This document shows positions 26,501-41,800 of a DNA stretch of 64,000 nucleotides, piece by piece. Made by a program: the position numbers and the translations under genes. The DNA is taken from NCBI GenBank assembly GCA_964057225.1, contig OZ059894.1, positions 1,426,001-1,490,000 of the forward strand, in the 5' to 3' direction. Every line of letters starts with the position of its first letter. The first letter of the stretch is position 1. Origin of the DNA: Auanema rhodensis. Lineage: Eukaryota; Animalia; Nematoda. The notes beneath the pieces were generated by a model. That model saw only the letters and a program-made list of their open reading frames with translations. It was not told where the DNA came from and did no database searches.

Positions 26501-29500
26501 CTTCAGGGTGAAAATCGAGGATATAAGTGTGAATTTATATCAGTTGATATCTCGGTGCATTTTTAAGCTAGCGCAAATCTGATAACACAGATCGACGCAG
26601 CTTAAAAATCCGCATCGAATGCACTATACTACATTGAGGAACGCTTAATACAAAAATTAGTTATGATCGTTTGAAAAATGATGCATTAGTGTATGTTGAG
26701 TTTCCATGTACACTCAACATAGCTTCCAAAAACATTTTGACAAAAATTTTTTCGAAAAATTTCAGAATAATTTAGCGAAAAGTAGATGTTTTTAGATTTC
26801 TTTTCTCAAGGCAAAGACGATGGACAATGTTATTCAACGAAAAAATTAATTCTTCAGGGTGAAAATCGAGGATATAAGTGTGAACTTATATCAGTTGATA
26901 TCTCGGTGTATTTTTAAGCTAGCGCAAATCTGATAACACAGATCGACGCAGCTTGAAAATCCGCATCGAATGCACTATACTACTTTGAGAAACGCTTAAT
27001 ACAAAAATTAGTTATGATCGTTTGAAAAATGATGCATTAGTGTATGTTGAGTTTCCATGTACACTCAACATTGCTTCCAAAAACATTTTGACAAAAATTT
27101 TTTCGAAAAATTTCAAATTAATTTAGCAGAAAGTATATGTTTTTAGATTCCTTTTTTCAAGGCAAAGACGATGGACAATGTTATTCAACGAAAAAATTAA
27201 TTCTTCAGGGTGAAAATCGAGGATATAAGTGTGAATTTATATCAGTTGATATCTCGGTGCATTTTTAAGCTAGCGCAAATCTGATAACACAGATCGACGC
27301 AGCTTAAAAATCCGCATCGAATGCACTATACTACATTGAGGAACGCTTAATACAAAAATTAGTTATGATCGTTTGAAAAATGATGCATTAGTGTATGTTG
27401 AGTTTCCATGTACACTCAACATAGCTTCCAAAAACATTTTGACAAAAATTTTTTCGAAAAATTTCAGAATAATTTAGCAAAAAGTAGATGTTTTTAGATT
27501 TCTTTTCTCAAGGCAAAGACGATGGACAATGTTATTCAACGAAAAAATTAATTCTTCAGGGTGAAAATCGAGGATATAAGTGTGAACTTATATCAGTTGA
27601 TATCTCGGTGCATTTTTAAGCTAGCGCAAATCTGATAACACAGATCGACGCAGCTTGAAAATCCGCATCGAATGCACTATACTACTTTGAGAAACGCTTA
27701 ATACAAAAATCAGTTATGATCGTTTGAAAAATGATGCATTAGTGTATGTTGAGTTTCCATGTACACTCAACATTGCTTCCAAAAACATTTTGACAAAAAT
27801 TTTTTCGAAAAATTTCAAAATAATTTAGCAAAAAGTAGATGTTTTTAGATTCCTTTTTTCAAGGCGAAGACGATGGACATTGTTATTCAACGAAAAAATT
27901 AATTCTTCAGGGTGAAAATCGAGGATATAAGTGTGAACTTATATCAGTTGATATCTCGGTGCATTTTTAAGCTAGCGCAAATCTGATAACACAGATCGAC
28001 GCAGCTTGAAAATCCGCATCGAATGCACTATACTACATTGAGAAACGCTTAATACAAAAATTAGTTATGATCGTTTGAAAAATGATGCATTAGTGTATGT
28101 TGAGTTTCCATGTACACTCAACATAGCTTCCAAAAACATTTTGACAAAAATTTTTTCGAAAAATTTCAAAATAATTTAGCAGAAAGTAGATGTTTTTAGA
28201 TTCCTTTTTTTAAGGCAAAGACGATGGACAATGTTATTCAACGAAAAAATTAATTCTTCAGGGTGAAAATCGAGGATATAAGTGTGAACTTATATCAGTT
28301 GATATCTCGTTGCATTTTTAAGCTAGCGCAAATCTGATAACACAGATCGACGCAGCTTGAAAATACGCATCGAATGCACTATACTACTTTGAGAAACGCT
28401 TAATACAAAAATTAGTTATGATCGTTTGAAAAATGATGCATTAGTGTATGTTGAGTTTCCATGTACACTCAACATAGCTTCCAAAAACATTTTGACAAAA
28501 ATTTTTTCGAAAAATTTCAGAATAATTTAGCAAAAAGTAGATGTTTTTAGATTTCTTTTCTCAAGGCAAAGACGATGGACAATGTTATTCAACGAAAAAA
28601 TTAATTCTTCAGGGTGAAAATCGAGGATATAAGTGTGAACTTATATCAGTTGATATCTCGGTGCATTTTTAAGCTAGCGCAAATCTGATAACACAGATCG
28701 ACGCAGCTTGAAAATCCGCATCGAATGCACTATACTACTTTGAGAAACGCTTAATACAAAAATTAGTTATGATCGTTTGAAAAATGATGCATTAGTGTAT
28801 GTTGAGTTTCCATGTACACTCAACATTGCTTCCAAAAAAATTTTGACAAAAATTTTTTCGAAAAATTTCAAATTAATTTAGCAGAAAGTATATGTTTTTA
28901 GATTTCTTTTTTCAAGGCAAAGACGATGGACAATGTTATTCAACGAAAAAATTAATTCTTCAGGGTGAAAATCGAGGATATAAGTGTGAATTTATATCAG
29001 TTGATATCTCGGTGCATTTTTAAGCTAGCGCAAATCTGATAACACAGATCGACGCAGCTTGAAAATCCGCATCGAATGCACTATACTACTTTGAGAAACG
29101 CTTAATACAAAAATTAGTTATGATCGTTTGAAAAATGATGCATTAGTGTATGTTGAGTTTCCATGTACACTCAACATTGCTTCCAAAAAAATTTTGACAA
29201 AAATTTTTTCGAAAAATTTCAAATTAATTTAGCAGAAAGTATATGTTTTTAGATTTCTTTTTTCAAGGCAAAGACGATGGACAATGTTATTCAACGAAAA
29301 AATTAATTCTTCAGGGTGAAAATCGAGGATATAAGTGTGAATTTATATCAGTTGATATCTCGGTGCATTTTTAAGCTAGCGCAAATCTGATAACACAGAT
29401 CGACGCAGCTTGAAAATCCGCATCGAATGCACTATACTACTTTGAGAAACGCTTAATACAAAAATTAGTTATGATCGTTTGAAAAATGATGCATTAGTGT

Positions 29501-32291
29501 ATGTTGAGTTTCCATGTACACTCAACATTGCTTCCAAAAAAATTTTGACAAAAATTTTTTCGAAAAATTTCAAATTAATTTAGCAGAAAGTATATGTTTT
29601 TAGATTTCTTTTTTCAAGGCAAAGACGATGGACAATGTTATTCAACGAAAAAATTAATTCTTCAGGGTGAAAATCGAGGATATAAGTGTGAATTTATATC
29701 AGTTGATATCTCGGTGCATTTTTAAGCTAGCGCAAATCTGATAACACAGATCGACGCAGCTTGAAAATCCGCATTGAATGCACTATACTACTTTGAGAAA
29801 CGCTTAATACAAAAATTAGTTATGATCGTTTGAAAAATGATGCATTAGTGTATGTTGAGTTTCCATGTACACTCAACATAGCTTCCAAAAACATTTTGAC
29901 AAAATTTTTTTCAAAAAATTTCAAAATAATTTAGCAGAAAGTAGATGTTTTTAGATTCCTTTTTTTAAGGCAAAGACGACGGACAATGTTATTCAACGAA
30001 AAAATTAATTCTTCAGGGTGAAAATCGAGGATATAAGTGTGAACTTATATCAGTTGATATCTCGGTGCATTTTTAAGCTAGCGCAAATCTGATAACACAG
30101 ATCGACGCAGCTTGAAAATCCGCATCGAATGCACTATACTACTTTGAGAAACGCTTAATACAAAAATTAGTTATGATCGTTTGAAAAATGATGCATTAGT
30201 GTATGTTGAGTTTCCATGTACACTCAACATTGCTTCCAAAAACATTTTGACAAAAATTTTTTCGAAAAATTTCAAATTAATTTAGCAGAAAGTATATGTT
30301 TTTAGATTCCTTTTTTCAAGGCAAAGACGATGGACAATGTTATTCAACGAAAAAATTAATTCTTCAGGGTGAAAATCGAGGATATAAGTGTGAATTTATA
30401 TCAGTTGATATCTCGGTGCATTTTTAAGCTAGCGCAAATCTGATAACACAGATCGACGCAGCTTAAAAATCCGCATCGAATGCACTATACTACATTGAGG
30501 AACGCTTAATACAAAAATTAGTTATGATCGTTTGAAAAATGATGCATTAGTGTATGTTGAGTTTCCATGTACACTCAACATAGCTTCCAAAAACATTTTG
30601 ACAAAAATTTTTTCGAAAAATTTCAGAATAATTTAGCAAAAAGTAGATGTTTTTAGATTTCTTTTCTCAAGGCAAAGACGATGGACAATGTTATTCAACG
30701 AAAAAATTAATTCTTCAGGGTGAAAATCGAGGATATAAGTGTGAACTTATATCAGTTGATATCTCGGTGCATTTTTAAGCTAGCGCAAATCTGATAACAC
30801 AGATCGACGCAGCTTGAAAATCCGCATCGAATGCACTATACTACTTTGAGTAACGCTTAATACAAAAATCAGTTATGATCGTTTGAAAAATGATGCATTA
30901 GTGTATGTTGGGTTTCCATGTACACTCAACATTGCTTCCAAAAACATTTTGACAAAAATTTTTTCGAAAAATTTCAAAATAATTTAGCAAAAAGTAGATG
31001 TTTTTAGATTCCTTTTTTCAAGGCGAAGACGATGGACATTGTTATTCAACGAAAAAATTAATTCTTCAGGGTGAAAATCGAGGATATAAGTGTGAACTTA
31101 TATCAGTTGATATCTCGGTGCATTTTTAAGCTAGCGCAAATCTGATAACACAGATCGACGCAGCTTGAAAATCCGCATCGAATGCACTATACTACATTGA
31201 GAAACGCTTAATACAAAAATTAGTTATGATCGTTTGAAAAATGATGCATTAGTGTATGTTGAGTTTCCATGTACACTCAACATAGCTTCCAAAAACATTT
31301 TGACAAAAATTTTTTCGAAAAATTTCAAAATAATTTAGCAGAAAGTAGATGTTTTTAGATTCCTTTTTTTAAGGCAAAGACGATGGACAATGTTATTCAA
31401 CGAAAAAATTAATTCTTCAGGGTGAAAATCGAGGATATAAGTGTGAACTTATATCAGTTGATATCTCGTTGCATTTTTAAGCTAGCGCAAATCTGATAAC
31501 ACAGATCGACGCAGCTTGAAAATACGCATCGAATGCACTATACTACTTTGAGAAACGCTTAATACAAAAATTAGTTATGATCGTTTGAAAAATGATGCAT
31601 TAGTGTATGTTGAGTTTCCATGTACACTCAACATAGCTTCCAAAAACATTTTGACAAAAATTTTTTCGAAAAATTTCAGAATAATTTAGCAAAAAGTAGA
31701 TGTTTTTAGATTTCTTTTCTCAAGGCAAAGACGATGGACAATGTTATTCAACGAAAAAATTAATTCTTCAGGGTGAAAATCGAGGATATAAGTGTGAACT
31801 TATATCAGTTGATATCTCGGTGCATTTTTAAGCTAGCGCAAATCTGATAACACAGATCGACGCAGCTTGAAAATACGCATCGAATGCACTATACTACTTT
31901 GAGAAACGCTTAATACAAAAATTAGTTATGATCGTTTGAAAAATGATGCATTAGTGTATGTTGAGTTTCCATGTACACTCAACATAGCTTCCAAAAACAT
32001 TTTGACAAAAATTTTTTCGAAAAATTTCAGAATAATTTAGCAAAAAGTAGATGTTTTTAGATTTCTTTTCTCAAGGCAAAGACGATGGACAATGTTATTC
32101 AACGAAAAAATTAATTCTTCAGGGTGAAAATCGAGGATATAAGTGTGAACTTATATCAGTTGATATCTCGGTGCATTTTTAAGCTAGCGCAAATCTGATA
32201 ACACAGATCGACGCAGCTTGAAAATCCGCATCGAATGCACTATACTACTTTGAGAAACGCTTAATACAAAAATTAGTTATGATCGTTTGAA

Positions 32292-34397
32292 AAATGATGC
32301 ATTAGTGTATGTTGAGTTTCCATGTACACTCAACATAGCTTCCAAAAACATTTTGACAAAAATTTTTTCGAAAAATTTCAAAATAATTTAGCAGAAAGTA
32401 GATGTTTTTAGATTCCTTTTTTTAAGGCAAAGACGATGGACAATGTTATTCAACGAAAAAATTAATTCTTCAGGGTGAAAATCGAGGATATAAGTGTGAA
32501 CTTATATCAGTTGATATCTCGTTGCATTTTTAAGCTAGCGCAAATCTGATAACACAGATCGACGCAGCTTGAAAATACGCATCGAATGCACTATACTACT
32601 TTGAGAAACGCTTAATACAAAAATTAGTTATGATCGTTTGAAAAATGATGCATTAGTGTATGTTGAGTTTCCATGTACACTCAACATAGCTTCCAAAAAC
32701 ATTTTGACAAAAATTTTTTCGAAAAATTTCAGAATAATTTAGCAAAAAGTAGATGTTTTTAGATTTCTTTTCTCAAGGCAAAGACGATGGACAATGTTAT
32801 TCAACGAAAAAATTAATTCTTCAGGGTGAAAATCGAGGATATAAGTGTGAACTTATATCAGTTGATATCTCGGTGCATTTTTAAGCTAGCGCAAATCTGA
32901 TAACACAGATCGACGCAGCTTGAAAATCCGCATCGAATGCACTATACTACTTTGAGAAACGCTTAATACAAAAATTAGTTATGATCGTTTGAAAAATGAT
33001 GCATTAGTGTATGTTGAGTTTCCATGTACACTCAACATTGCTTCCAAAAACATTTTGACAAAAATTTTTTCGAAAAATTTCAAAATAATTTAGCAAAAAG
33101 TAGATGTTTTTAGATTCCTTTTTTCAAGGCGAAGACGATGGACATTGTTATTCAACGAAAAAATTAATTCTTCAGGGTGAAAATCGAGGATATAAGTGTG
33201 AACTTATATCAGTTGATATCTCGGTGCATTTTTAAGCTAGCGCAAATCTGATAACACAGATCGACGCAGCTTGAAAATCCGCATCGAATGCACTATACTA
33301 CTTTGAGAAACGCTTAATACAAAAATTAGTTATGATCGTTTGAAAAATGATGCATTAGTGTATGTTGAGTTTCCATGTACACTCAACATAGCTTCCAAAA
33401 ACATTTTGACAAAAATTTTTTCGAAAAATTTCAAAATAATTTAGCAGAAAGTAGATGTTTTTAGATTCCTTTTTTTAAGGCAAAGACGATGGACAATGTT
33501 ATTCAACGAAAAAATTAATTCTTCAGGGTGAAAATCGAGGATATAAGTGTGAACTTATATCAGTTGATATCTCGTTGCATTTTTAAGCTAGCGCAAATCT
33601 GATAACACAGATCGACGCAGCTTGAAAATACGCATCGAATGCACTATACTACTTTGAGAAACGCTTAATACAAAAATTAGTTATGATCGTTTGAAAAATG
33701 ATGCATTAGTGTATGTTGAGTTTCCATGTACACTCAACATAGCTTCCAAAAACATTTTGACAAAAATTTTTTCGAAAAATTTCAGAATAATTTAGCAAAA
33801 AGTAGATGTTTTTAGATTTCTTTTCTCAAGGCAAAGACGATGGACAATGTTATTCAACGAAAAAATTAATTCTTCAGGGTGAAAATCGAGGATATAAGTG
33901 TGAACTTATATCAGTTGATATCTCGGTGCATTTTTAAGCTAGCGCAAATCTGATAACACAGATCGACGCAGCTTGAAAATCCGCATCGAATGCACTATAC
34001 TACTTTGAGAAACGCTTAATACAAAAATTAGTTATGATCGTTTGAAAAATGATGCATTAGTGTATGTTGAGTTTCCATGTACACTCAACATTGCTTCCAA
34101 AAACATTTTGACAAAAATTTTTTCGAAAAATTTCAAAATAATTTAGCAAAAAGTAGATGTTTTTAGATTCCTTTTTTCAAGGCGAAGACGATGGACATTG
34201 TTATTCAACGAAAAAATTAATTCTTCAGGGTGAAAATCGAGGATATAAGTGTGAACTTATATCAGTTGATATCTCGGTGCATTTTTAAGCTAGCGCAAAT
34301 CTGATAACACAGATCGACGCAGCTTGAAAATCCGCATCGAATGCACTATACTACATTGAGAAACGCTTAATACAAAAATTAGTTATGATCGTTTGAA
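32292..34397 (+). repeat. 3-mer higher-order repeat x2 (B'-C-H, 1053 bp)
   Basis: The GGCGAAG/GACATTG marker occurs at ~33131 and ~34184, each time preceded by B' and C monomers. Confidence 0.8.
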
Positions 34398-34679
34398 AAA
34401 TGATGCATTAGTGTATGTTGAGTTTCCATGTACACTCAACATAGCTTCCAAAAACATTTTGACAAAAATTTTTTCGAAAAATTTCAAAATAATTTAGCAG
34501 AAAGTAGATGTTTTTAGATTCCTTTTTTTAAGGCAAAGACGATGGACAATGTTATTCAACGAAAAAATTAATTCTTCAGGGTGAAAATCGAGGATATAAG
34601 TGTGAACTTATATCAGTTGATATCTCGTTGCATTTTTAAGCTAGCGCAAATCTGATAACACAGATCGACGCAGCTTGAA

Positions 34680-37600
34680 AATACGCATCGAATGCACTAT
34701 ACTACTTTGAGAAACGCTTAATACAAAAATTAGTTATGATCGTTTGAAAAATGATGCATTAGTGTATGTTGAGTTTCCATGTACACTCAACATAGCTTCC
34801 AAAAACATTTTGACAAAAATTTTTTCGAAAAATTTCAGAATAATTTAGCAAAAAGTAGATGTTTTTAGATTTCTTTTCTCAAGGCAAAGACGATGGACAA
34901 TGTTATTCAACGAAAAAATTAATTCTTCAGGGTGAAAATCGAGGATATAAGTGTGAACTTATATCAGTTGATATCTCGGTGCATTTTTAAGCTAGCGCAA
35001 ATCTGATAACACAGATCGACGCAGCTTGAAAATCCGCATCGAATGCACTATACTACTTTGAGAAACGCTTAATACAAAAATTAGTTATGATCGTTTGAAA
35101 AATGATGCATTAGTGTATGTTGAGTTTCCATGTACACTCAACATTGCTTCCAAAAAAATTTTGACAAAAATTTTTTCGAAAAATTTCAAATTAATTTAGC
35201 AGAAAGTATATGTTTTTAGATTTCTTTTTTCAAGGCAAAGACGATGGACAATGTTATTCAACGAAAAAATTAATTCTTCAGGGTGAAAATCGAGGATATA
35301 AGTGTGAATTTATATCAGTTGATATCTCGGTGCATTTTTAAGCTAGCGCAAATCTGATAACACAGATCGACGCAGCTTGAAAATCCGCATTGAATGCACT
35401 ATACTACATTGAGGAACGCTTAATACAAAAATTAGTTATGATCGTTTGAAAAATGATGCATTAGTGTATGTTGAGTTTCCATGTACACTCAACATAGCTT
35501 CCAAAAACATTTTGACAAAAATTTTTTCGAAAAATTTCAAAATAATTTAGCAGAAAGTAGATGTTTTTAGATTCCTTTTTTTAAGGCAAAGACGATGGAC
35601 AATGTTATTCAACGAAAAAATTAATTCTTCAGGGTGAAAATCGAGGATATAAGTGTGAACTTATATCAGTTGATATCTCGGTGCATTTTTAAGCTAGCGC
35701 AAATCTGATAACACAGATCGACGCAGCTTGAAAATCCGCATCGAATGCACTATACTACTTTGAGAAACGCTTAATACAAAAATTAGTTATGATCGTTTGA
35801 AAAATGATGCATTAGTGTATGTTGAGTTTCCATGTACACTCAACATAGCTTCCAAAAACATTTTGACAAAATTTTTTTCAAAAAATTTCAAAATAATTTA
35901 GCAGAAAGTAGATGTTTTTAGATTGCTTTTTTTAAGGCAAAGACGACGGACAATGTTATTCAACGAAAAAATTAATTCTTCAGGGTGAAAATCGAGGATA
36001 TAAGTGTGAACTTATATCAGTTGATATCTCGGTGCATTTTTAAGCTAGCGCAAATCTGATAACACAGATCGACGCAGCTTAAAAATCCGCATCGAATGCA
36101 CTATACTACATTGAGGAACGCTTAATACAAAAATTAGTTATGATCGTTTGAAAAATGATGCATTAGTGTATGTTGAGTTTCCATGTACACTCAACATTGC
36201 TTCCAAAAACATTTTGACAAAAATTTTTTCGAAAAATTTCAAAATAATTTAGCAAAAAGTAGATGTTTTTAGATTCCTTTTTTCAAGGCAAAGACGATGG
36301 ACAATGTTATTCAGCGAAAAAATTAATTCTTCAGGGTGAAAATCGAGGATATAAGTGTGAACTTATATCAGTTGATATCTCGGTGCATTTTTAAGCTAGC
36401 GCAAATCTGATAACACAGATCGACGCAGCTTGAAAATCCGCATCGAATGCACTATACCACTTTGAGAAACGCTTAATACAAAAATTAGTTATGATCGTTT
36501 GAAAAATGATGCATTAGTGTATGTTGAGTTTCCATGTACACTCAACATTGCTTCCAAAAACATTTTGACAAAAATTTTTTCGAAAAATTTCAAAATAATT
36601 TAGCAAAAAGTAGATGTTTTTAGATTCCTTTTTTCAAGGCAAAGACGATGGACAATGTTATTCAACGAAAAAATTAATTCTTCAGGGTGAAAATCGAGGA
36701 TATAAGTGTGAACTTATATCAGTTGATATCTCGTTGCATTTTTAAGCTAGCGCAAATCTGATAACACAGATCGACGCAGCTTGAAAATACGCATCGAATG
36801 CACTATACTACTTTGAGAAACGCTTAATACAAAAATTAGTTATGATCGTTTGAAAAATGATGCATTAGTGTATGTTGAGTTTCCATGTACACTCAACATA
36901 GCTTCCAAAAACATTTTGACAAAAATTTTTTCGAAAAATTTCAGAATAATTTAGCAAAAAGTAGATGTTTTTAGATTTCTTTTCTCAAGGCAAAGACGAT
37001 GGACAATGTTATTCAACGAAAAAATTAATTCTTCAGGGTGAAAATCGAGGATATAAGTGTGAACTTATATCAGTTGATATCTCGGTGCATTTTTAAGCTA
37101 GCGCAAATCTGATAACACAGATCGACGCAGCTTGAAAATCCGCATCGAATGCACTATACTACTTTGAGAAACGCTTAATACAAAAATTAGTTATGATCGT
37201 TTGAAAAATGATGCATTAGTGTATGTTGAGTTTCCATGTACACTCAACATTGCTTCCAAAAAAATTTTGACAAAAATTTTTTCGAAAAATTTCAAATTAA
37301 TTTAGCAGAAAGTATATGTTTTTAGATTTCTTTTTTCAAGGCAAAGACGATGGACAATGTTATTCAACGAAAAAATTAATTCTTCAGGGTGAAAATCGAG
37401 GATATAAGTGTGAATTTATATCAGTTGATATCTCGGTGCATTTTTAAGCTAGCGCAAATCTGATAACACAGATCGACGCAGCTTGAAAATCCGCATTGAA
37501 TGCACTATACTACATTGAGGAACGCTTAATACAAAAATTAGTTATGATCGTTTGAAAAATGATGCATTAGTGTATGTTGAGTTTCCATGTACACTCAACA

Positions 37601-38820
37601 TAGCTTCCAAAAACATTTTGACAAAAATTTTTTCGAAAAATTTCAAAATAATTTAGCAGAAAGTAGATGTTTTTAGATTCCTTTTTTTAAGGCAAAGACG
37701 ATGGACAATGTTATTCAACGAAAAAATTAATTCTTCAGGGTGAAAATCGAGGATATAAGTGTGAACTTATATCAGTTGATATCTCGGTGCATTTTTAAGC
37801 TAGCGCAAATCTGATAACACAGATCGACGCAGCTTGAAAATCCGCATCGAATGCACTATACTACTTTGAGAAACGCTTAATACAAAAATTAGTTATGATC
37901 GTTTGAAAAATGATGCATTAGTGTATGTTGAGTTTCCATGTACACTCAACATAGCTTCCAAAAACATTTTGACAAAATTTTTTTCAAAAAATTTCAAAAT
38001 AATTTAGCAGAAAGTAGATGTTTTTAGATTGCTTTTTTTAAGGCAAAGACGACGGACAATGTTATTCAACGAAAAAATTAATTCTTCAGGGTGAAAATCG
38101 AGGATATAAGTGTGAACTTATATCAGTTGATATCTCGGTGCATTTTTAAGCTAGCGCAAATCTGATAACACAGATCGACGCAGCTTAAAAATCCGCATCG
38201 AATGCACTATACTACATTGAGGAACGCTTAATACAAAAATTAGTTATGATCGTTTGAAAAATGATGCATTAGTGTATGTTGAGTTTCCATGTACACTCAA
38301 CATTGCTTCCAAAAACATTTTGACAAAAATTTTTTCGAAAAATTTCAAAATAATTTAGCAAAAAGTAGATGTTTTTAGATTCCTTTTTTCAAGGCAAAGA
38401 CGATGGACAATGTTATTCAGCGAAAAAATTAATTCTTCAGGGTGAAAATCGAGGATATAAGTGTGAACTTATATCAGTTGATATCTCGGTGCATTTTTAA
38501 GCTAGCGCAAATCTGATAACACAGATCGACGCAGCTTGAAAATCCGCATCGAATGCACTATACCACTTTGAGAAACGCTTAATACAAAAATTAGTTATGA
38601 TCGTTTGAAAAATGATGCATTAGTGTATGTTGAGTTTCCATGTACACTCAACATTGCTTCCAAAAACATTTTGACAAAAATTTTTTCGAAAAATTTCAAA
38701 ATAATTTAGCAAAAAGTAGATGTTTTTAGATTCCTTTTTTCAAGGCAAAGACGATGGACAATGTTATTCAACGAAAAAATTAATTCTTCAGGGTGAAAAT
38801 CGAGGATATAAGTGTGAACT
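34680..38820 (+). repeat. 6-mer tandem duplication (2106 bp)
   Basis: The rare marker GATTGCT is at 35925 and 38031 (difference 2106 = 6x351). TCAGCG and ATACCAC markers recur at the same spacing. Boundaries are approximate. Confidence 0.82.
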
Positions 38821-41800
38821 TATATCAGTTGATATCTCGGTGCATTTTTAAGCTAGCGCAAATCTGATAACACAGATCGACGCAGCTTGAAAATCCGCAT
38901 CGAATGCACTATACTACATTGAGAAACGCTCAATACAAAAATTAGTTATGATCGTTTGAAAAATGATGCATTAGTGTATGTTGAGTTTCCATGTACACTC
39001 AACATTGCTTCCAAAAACATTTTGACAAAAATTTTTTCGAAAAATTTCAAATTAATTTAGCAGAAAGTATATGTTTTTAGATTCCTTTTTTCAAGGCAAA
39101 GACGATGGACAATGTTATTCAACGAAAAAATTAATTCTTCAGGGTGAAAATCGAGGATATAAGTGTGAACTTATATCAGTTGATATCTCGGTGCATTTTT
39201 AAGCTAGCGCAAATCTGATAACACAGATCGACGCAGCTTGAAAATCCGCATCGAATGCACTATACTACTTTGAGAAACGCTTAATACAAAAATTAGTTAT
39301 GATCGTTTGAAAAATGATGCATTAGTGTATGTTGAGTTTCCATGTACACTCAACATTGCTTCCAAAAACATTTTGACAAAAATTTTTTCGAAAAATTTCA
39401 AATTAATTTAGCAGGAAGTATATGTTTTTAGATTCCTTTTTTCAAGGCAAAGACGATGGACAATGTTATTCAACGAAAAAATTAATTCTTCAGGGTGAAA
39501 ATCGAGGATATAAGTGTGAACTTATATCAGTTGATATCTCGGTGCATTTTTAAGCTAGCGCAAATCTGATAACACAGATCGACGCAGCTTGAAAATCCGC
39601 ATCGAATGCACTATACTACATTGAGGAACGCTTAATACAAAAATTAGTTATGATCGTTTGAAAAATGATGCATTAGTGTATGTTGAGTTTCCATGTACAC
39701 TCAACATAGCTTCCAAAAACATTTTGACAAAATTTTTTTCGAAAAATTTCAAAATAATTTAGCAGAAAGTAGATGTTTTTAGATTCCTTTTTTTAAGGCA
39801 AAGACGACGGACAATGTTATTCAACGAAAAAATTAATTCTTCAGGGTGAAAATCGAGGATATAAGTGTGAACTTATATCAGTTGATATCTCGGTGCATTT
39901 TTAAGCTAGCGCAAATCTGATAACACAGATCGACGCAGCTTGAAAATCCGCATCGAATGCACTATACTACTTTGAGAAACGCTTAATACAAAAATTAGTT
40001 ATGATCGTTTGAAAAATGATGCATTAGTGTATGTTGAGTTTCCATGTACACTCAACATAGCTTCCAAAAACATTTTGACAAAAATTTTTTCGAAAAATTT
40101 CAAAATAATTTAGCAGAAAGTAGATGTTTTTAGATTCCTTTTTTCAAGGCAAAGACGATAGACAATGTTATTCAACGAAAAAATTAATTCTTCAGGGTGA
40201 AAATCGAGGATATAAGTGTGAACTTATATCACTTGATATCTCGGTGCATTTTTAAGCTAGCGCAAATCTGATAACACAGATCGACGCAGCTTGAAAATCC
40301 GCATCGAATGCATTATACTACTTTGAGAAACGCTTAATACAAAAATTAGTTATGATCGTTTGAAAAATGATGCATTAGTGTATGTTGAGTTTCCATGTAC
40401 ACTCAACATAGCTTCCAAAAACATTTTGACAAAATTTTTTTCGAAAAATTTCAAAATAATTTAGCAGAAAGTAGATGTTTTTAGATTCCTTTTTTTAAGG
40501 CAAAGACGACGGACAATGTTATTCAACGAAAAAATTAATTCTTCAGGGTGAAAATCGAGGATATAAGTGTGAACTTATATCAGTTGATATCTCGGTGCAT
40601 TTGTAAGCTAGCGCAAATCTGATAACACAGATCGACGCAGCTTGAAAATCCGCATCGAATGCACTATACTACTTTGAGAAACGCTTAATACAAAAATTAG
40701 TTATGATCGTTTGAAAAATGATGCATTAGTGTATGTTGAGTTTCCATGTACACTCAACATAGCTTCCAAAAACATTTTGACAAAAATTTTTTGGAAAAAT
40801 TTCTAAATAATTTAGCAAAAAGTAGATGTTTTTAGATTCCTTTTTTTAAGGCAAAGACGATAGACAATGTTATTCAACGAAAAAATTAATTCTTCAGGGT
40901 GAAAATCGAGGATATAAGTGTGAACTTATATCAGTTGATATCTCGGTGCATTTTTAAGCTAGCGCAAATCTGATAACACAGATCGACGCAGCTTGAAAAT
41001 CCGCATCGAATGCACTATACTACTTTGAGAAACGCTTAATACAAAAATTAGTTATGATCGTTTGAAAAATGATGCATTAGTGTATGTTGAGTTTCCATGT
41101 ACACTCAACATAGCTTCCAAAAACATTTTGACAAAAATTTTTTCGAAAAATTTCAAAATAATTTAGCAGAAAGTAGATGTTTTTAGATTCCTTTTTTCAA
41201 GGCAAAGACGATAGACAATGTTATTCAACGAAAAAATTAATTCTTCAGGGTGAAAATCGAGGATATAAGTGTGAACTTATATCACTTGATATCTCGGTGC
41301 ATTTTTAAGTTAGCGCAAATCTGATAACACAGATCGACGCAGCTTGAAAATCCGCATCGAATGCATTATACTACTTTGAGAAACGCTTAATACAAAAATT
41401 AGTTATGATCGTTTGAAAAATGATGCATTAGTGTATGTTGAGTTTCCATGTACACTCAACATAGCTTCCAAAAACATTTTGACAAAATTTTTTTCGAAAA
41501 ATTTCAAAATAATTTAGCAGAAAGTAGATGTTTTTAGATTCCTTTTTTTAAGGCAAAGACGACGGACAATGTTATTCAACGAAAAAATTAATTCTTCAGG
41601 GTGAAAATCGAGGATATAAGTGTGAACTTATATCAGTTGATATCTCGGTGCATTTGTAAGCTAGCGCAAATCTGATAACACAGATCGACGCAGCTTGAAA
41701 ATCCGCATCGAATGCACTATACTACTTTGAGAAACGCTTAATACAAAAATTAGTTATGATCGTTTGAAAAATGATGCATTAGTGTATGTTGAGTTTCCAT

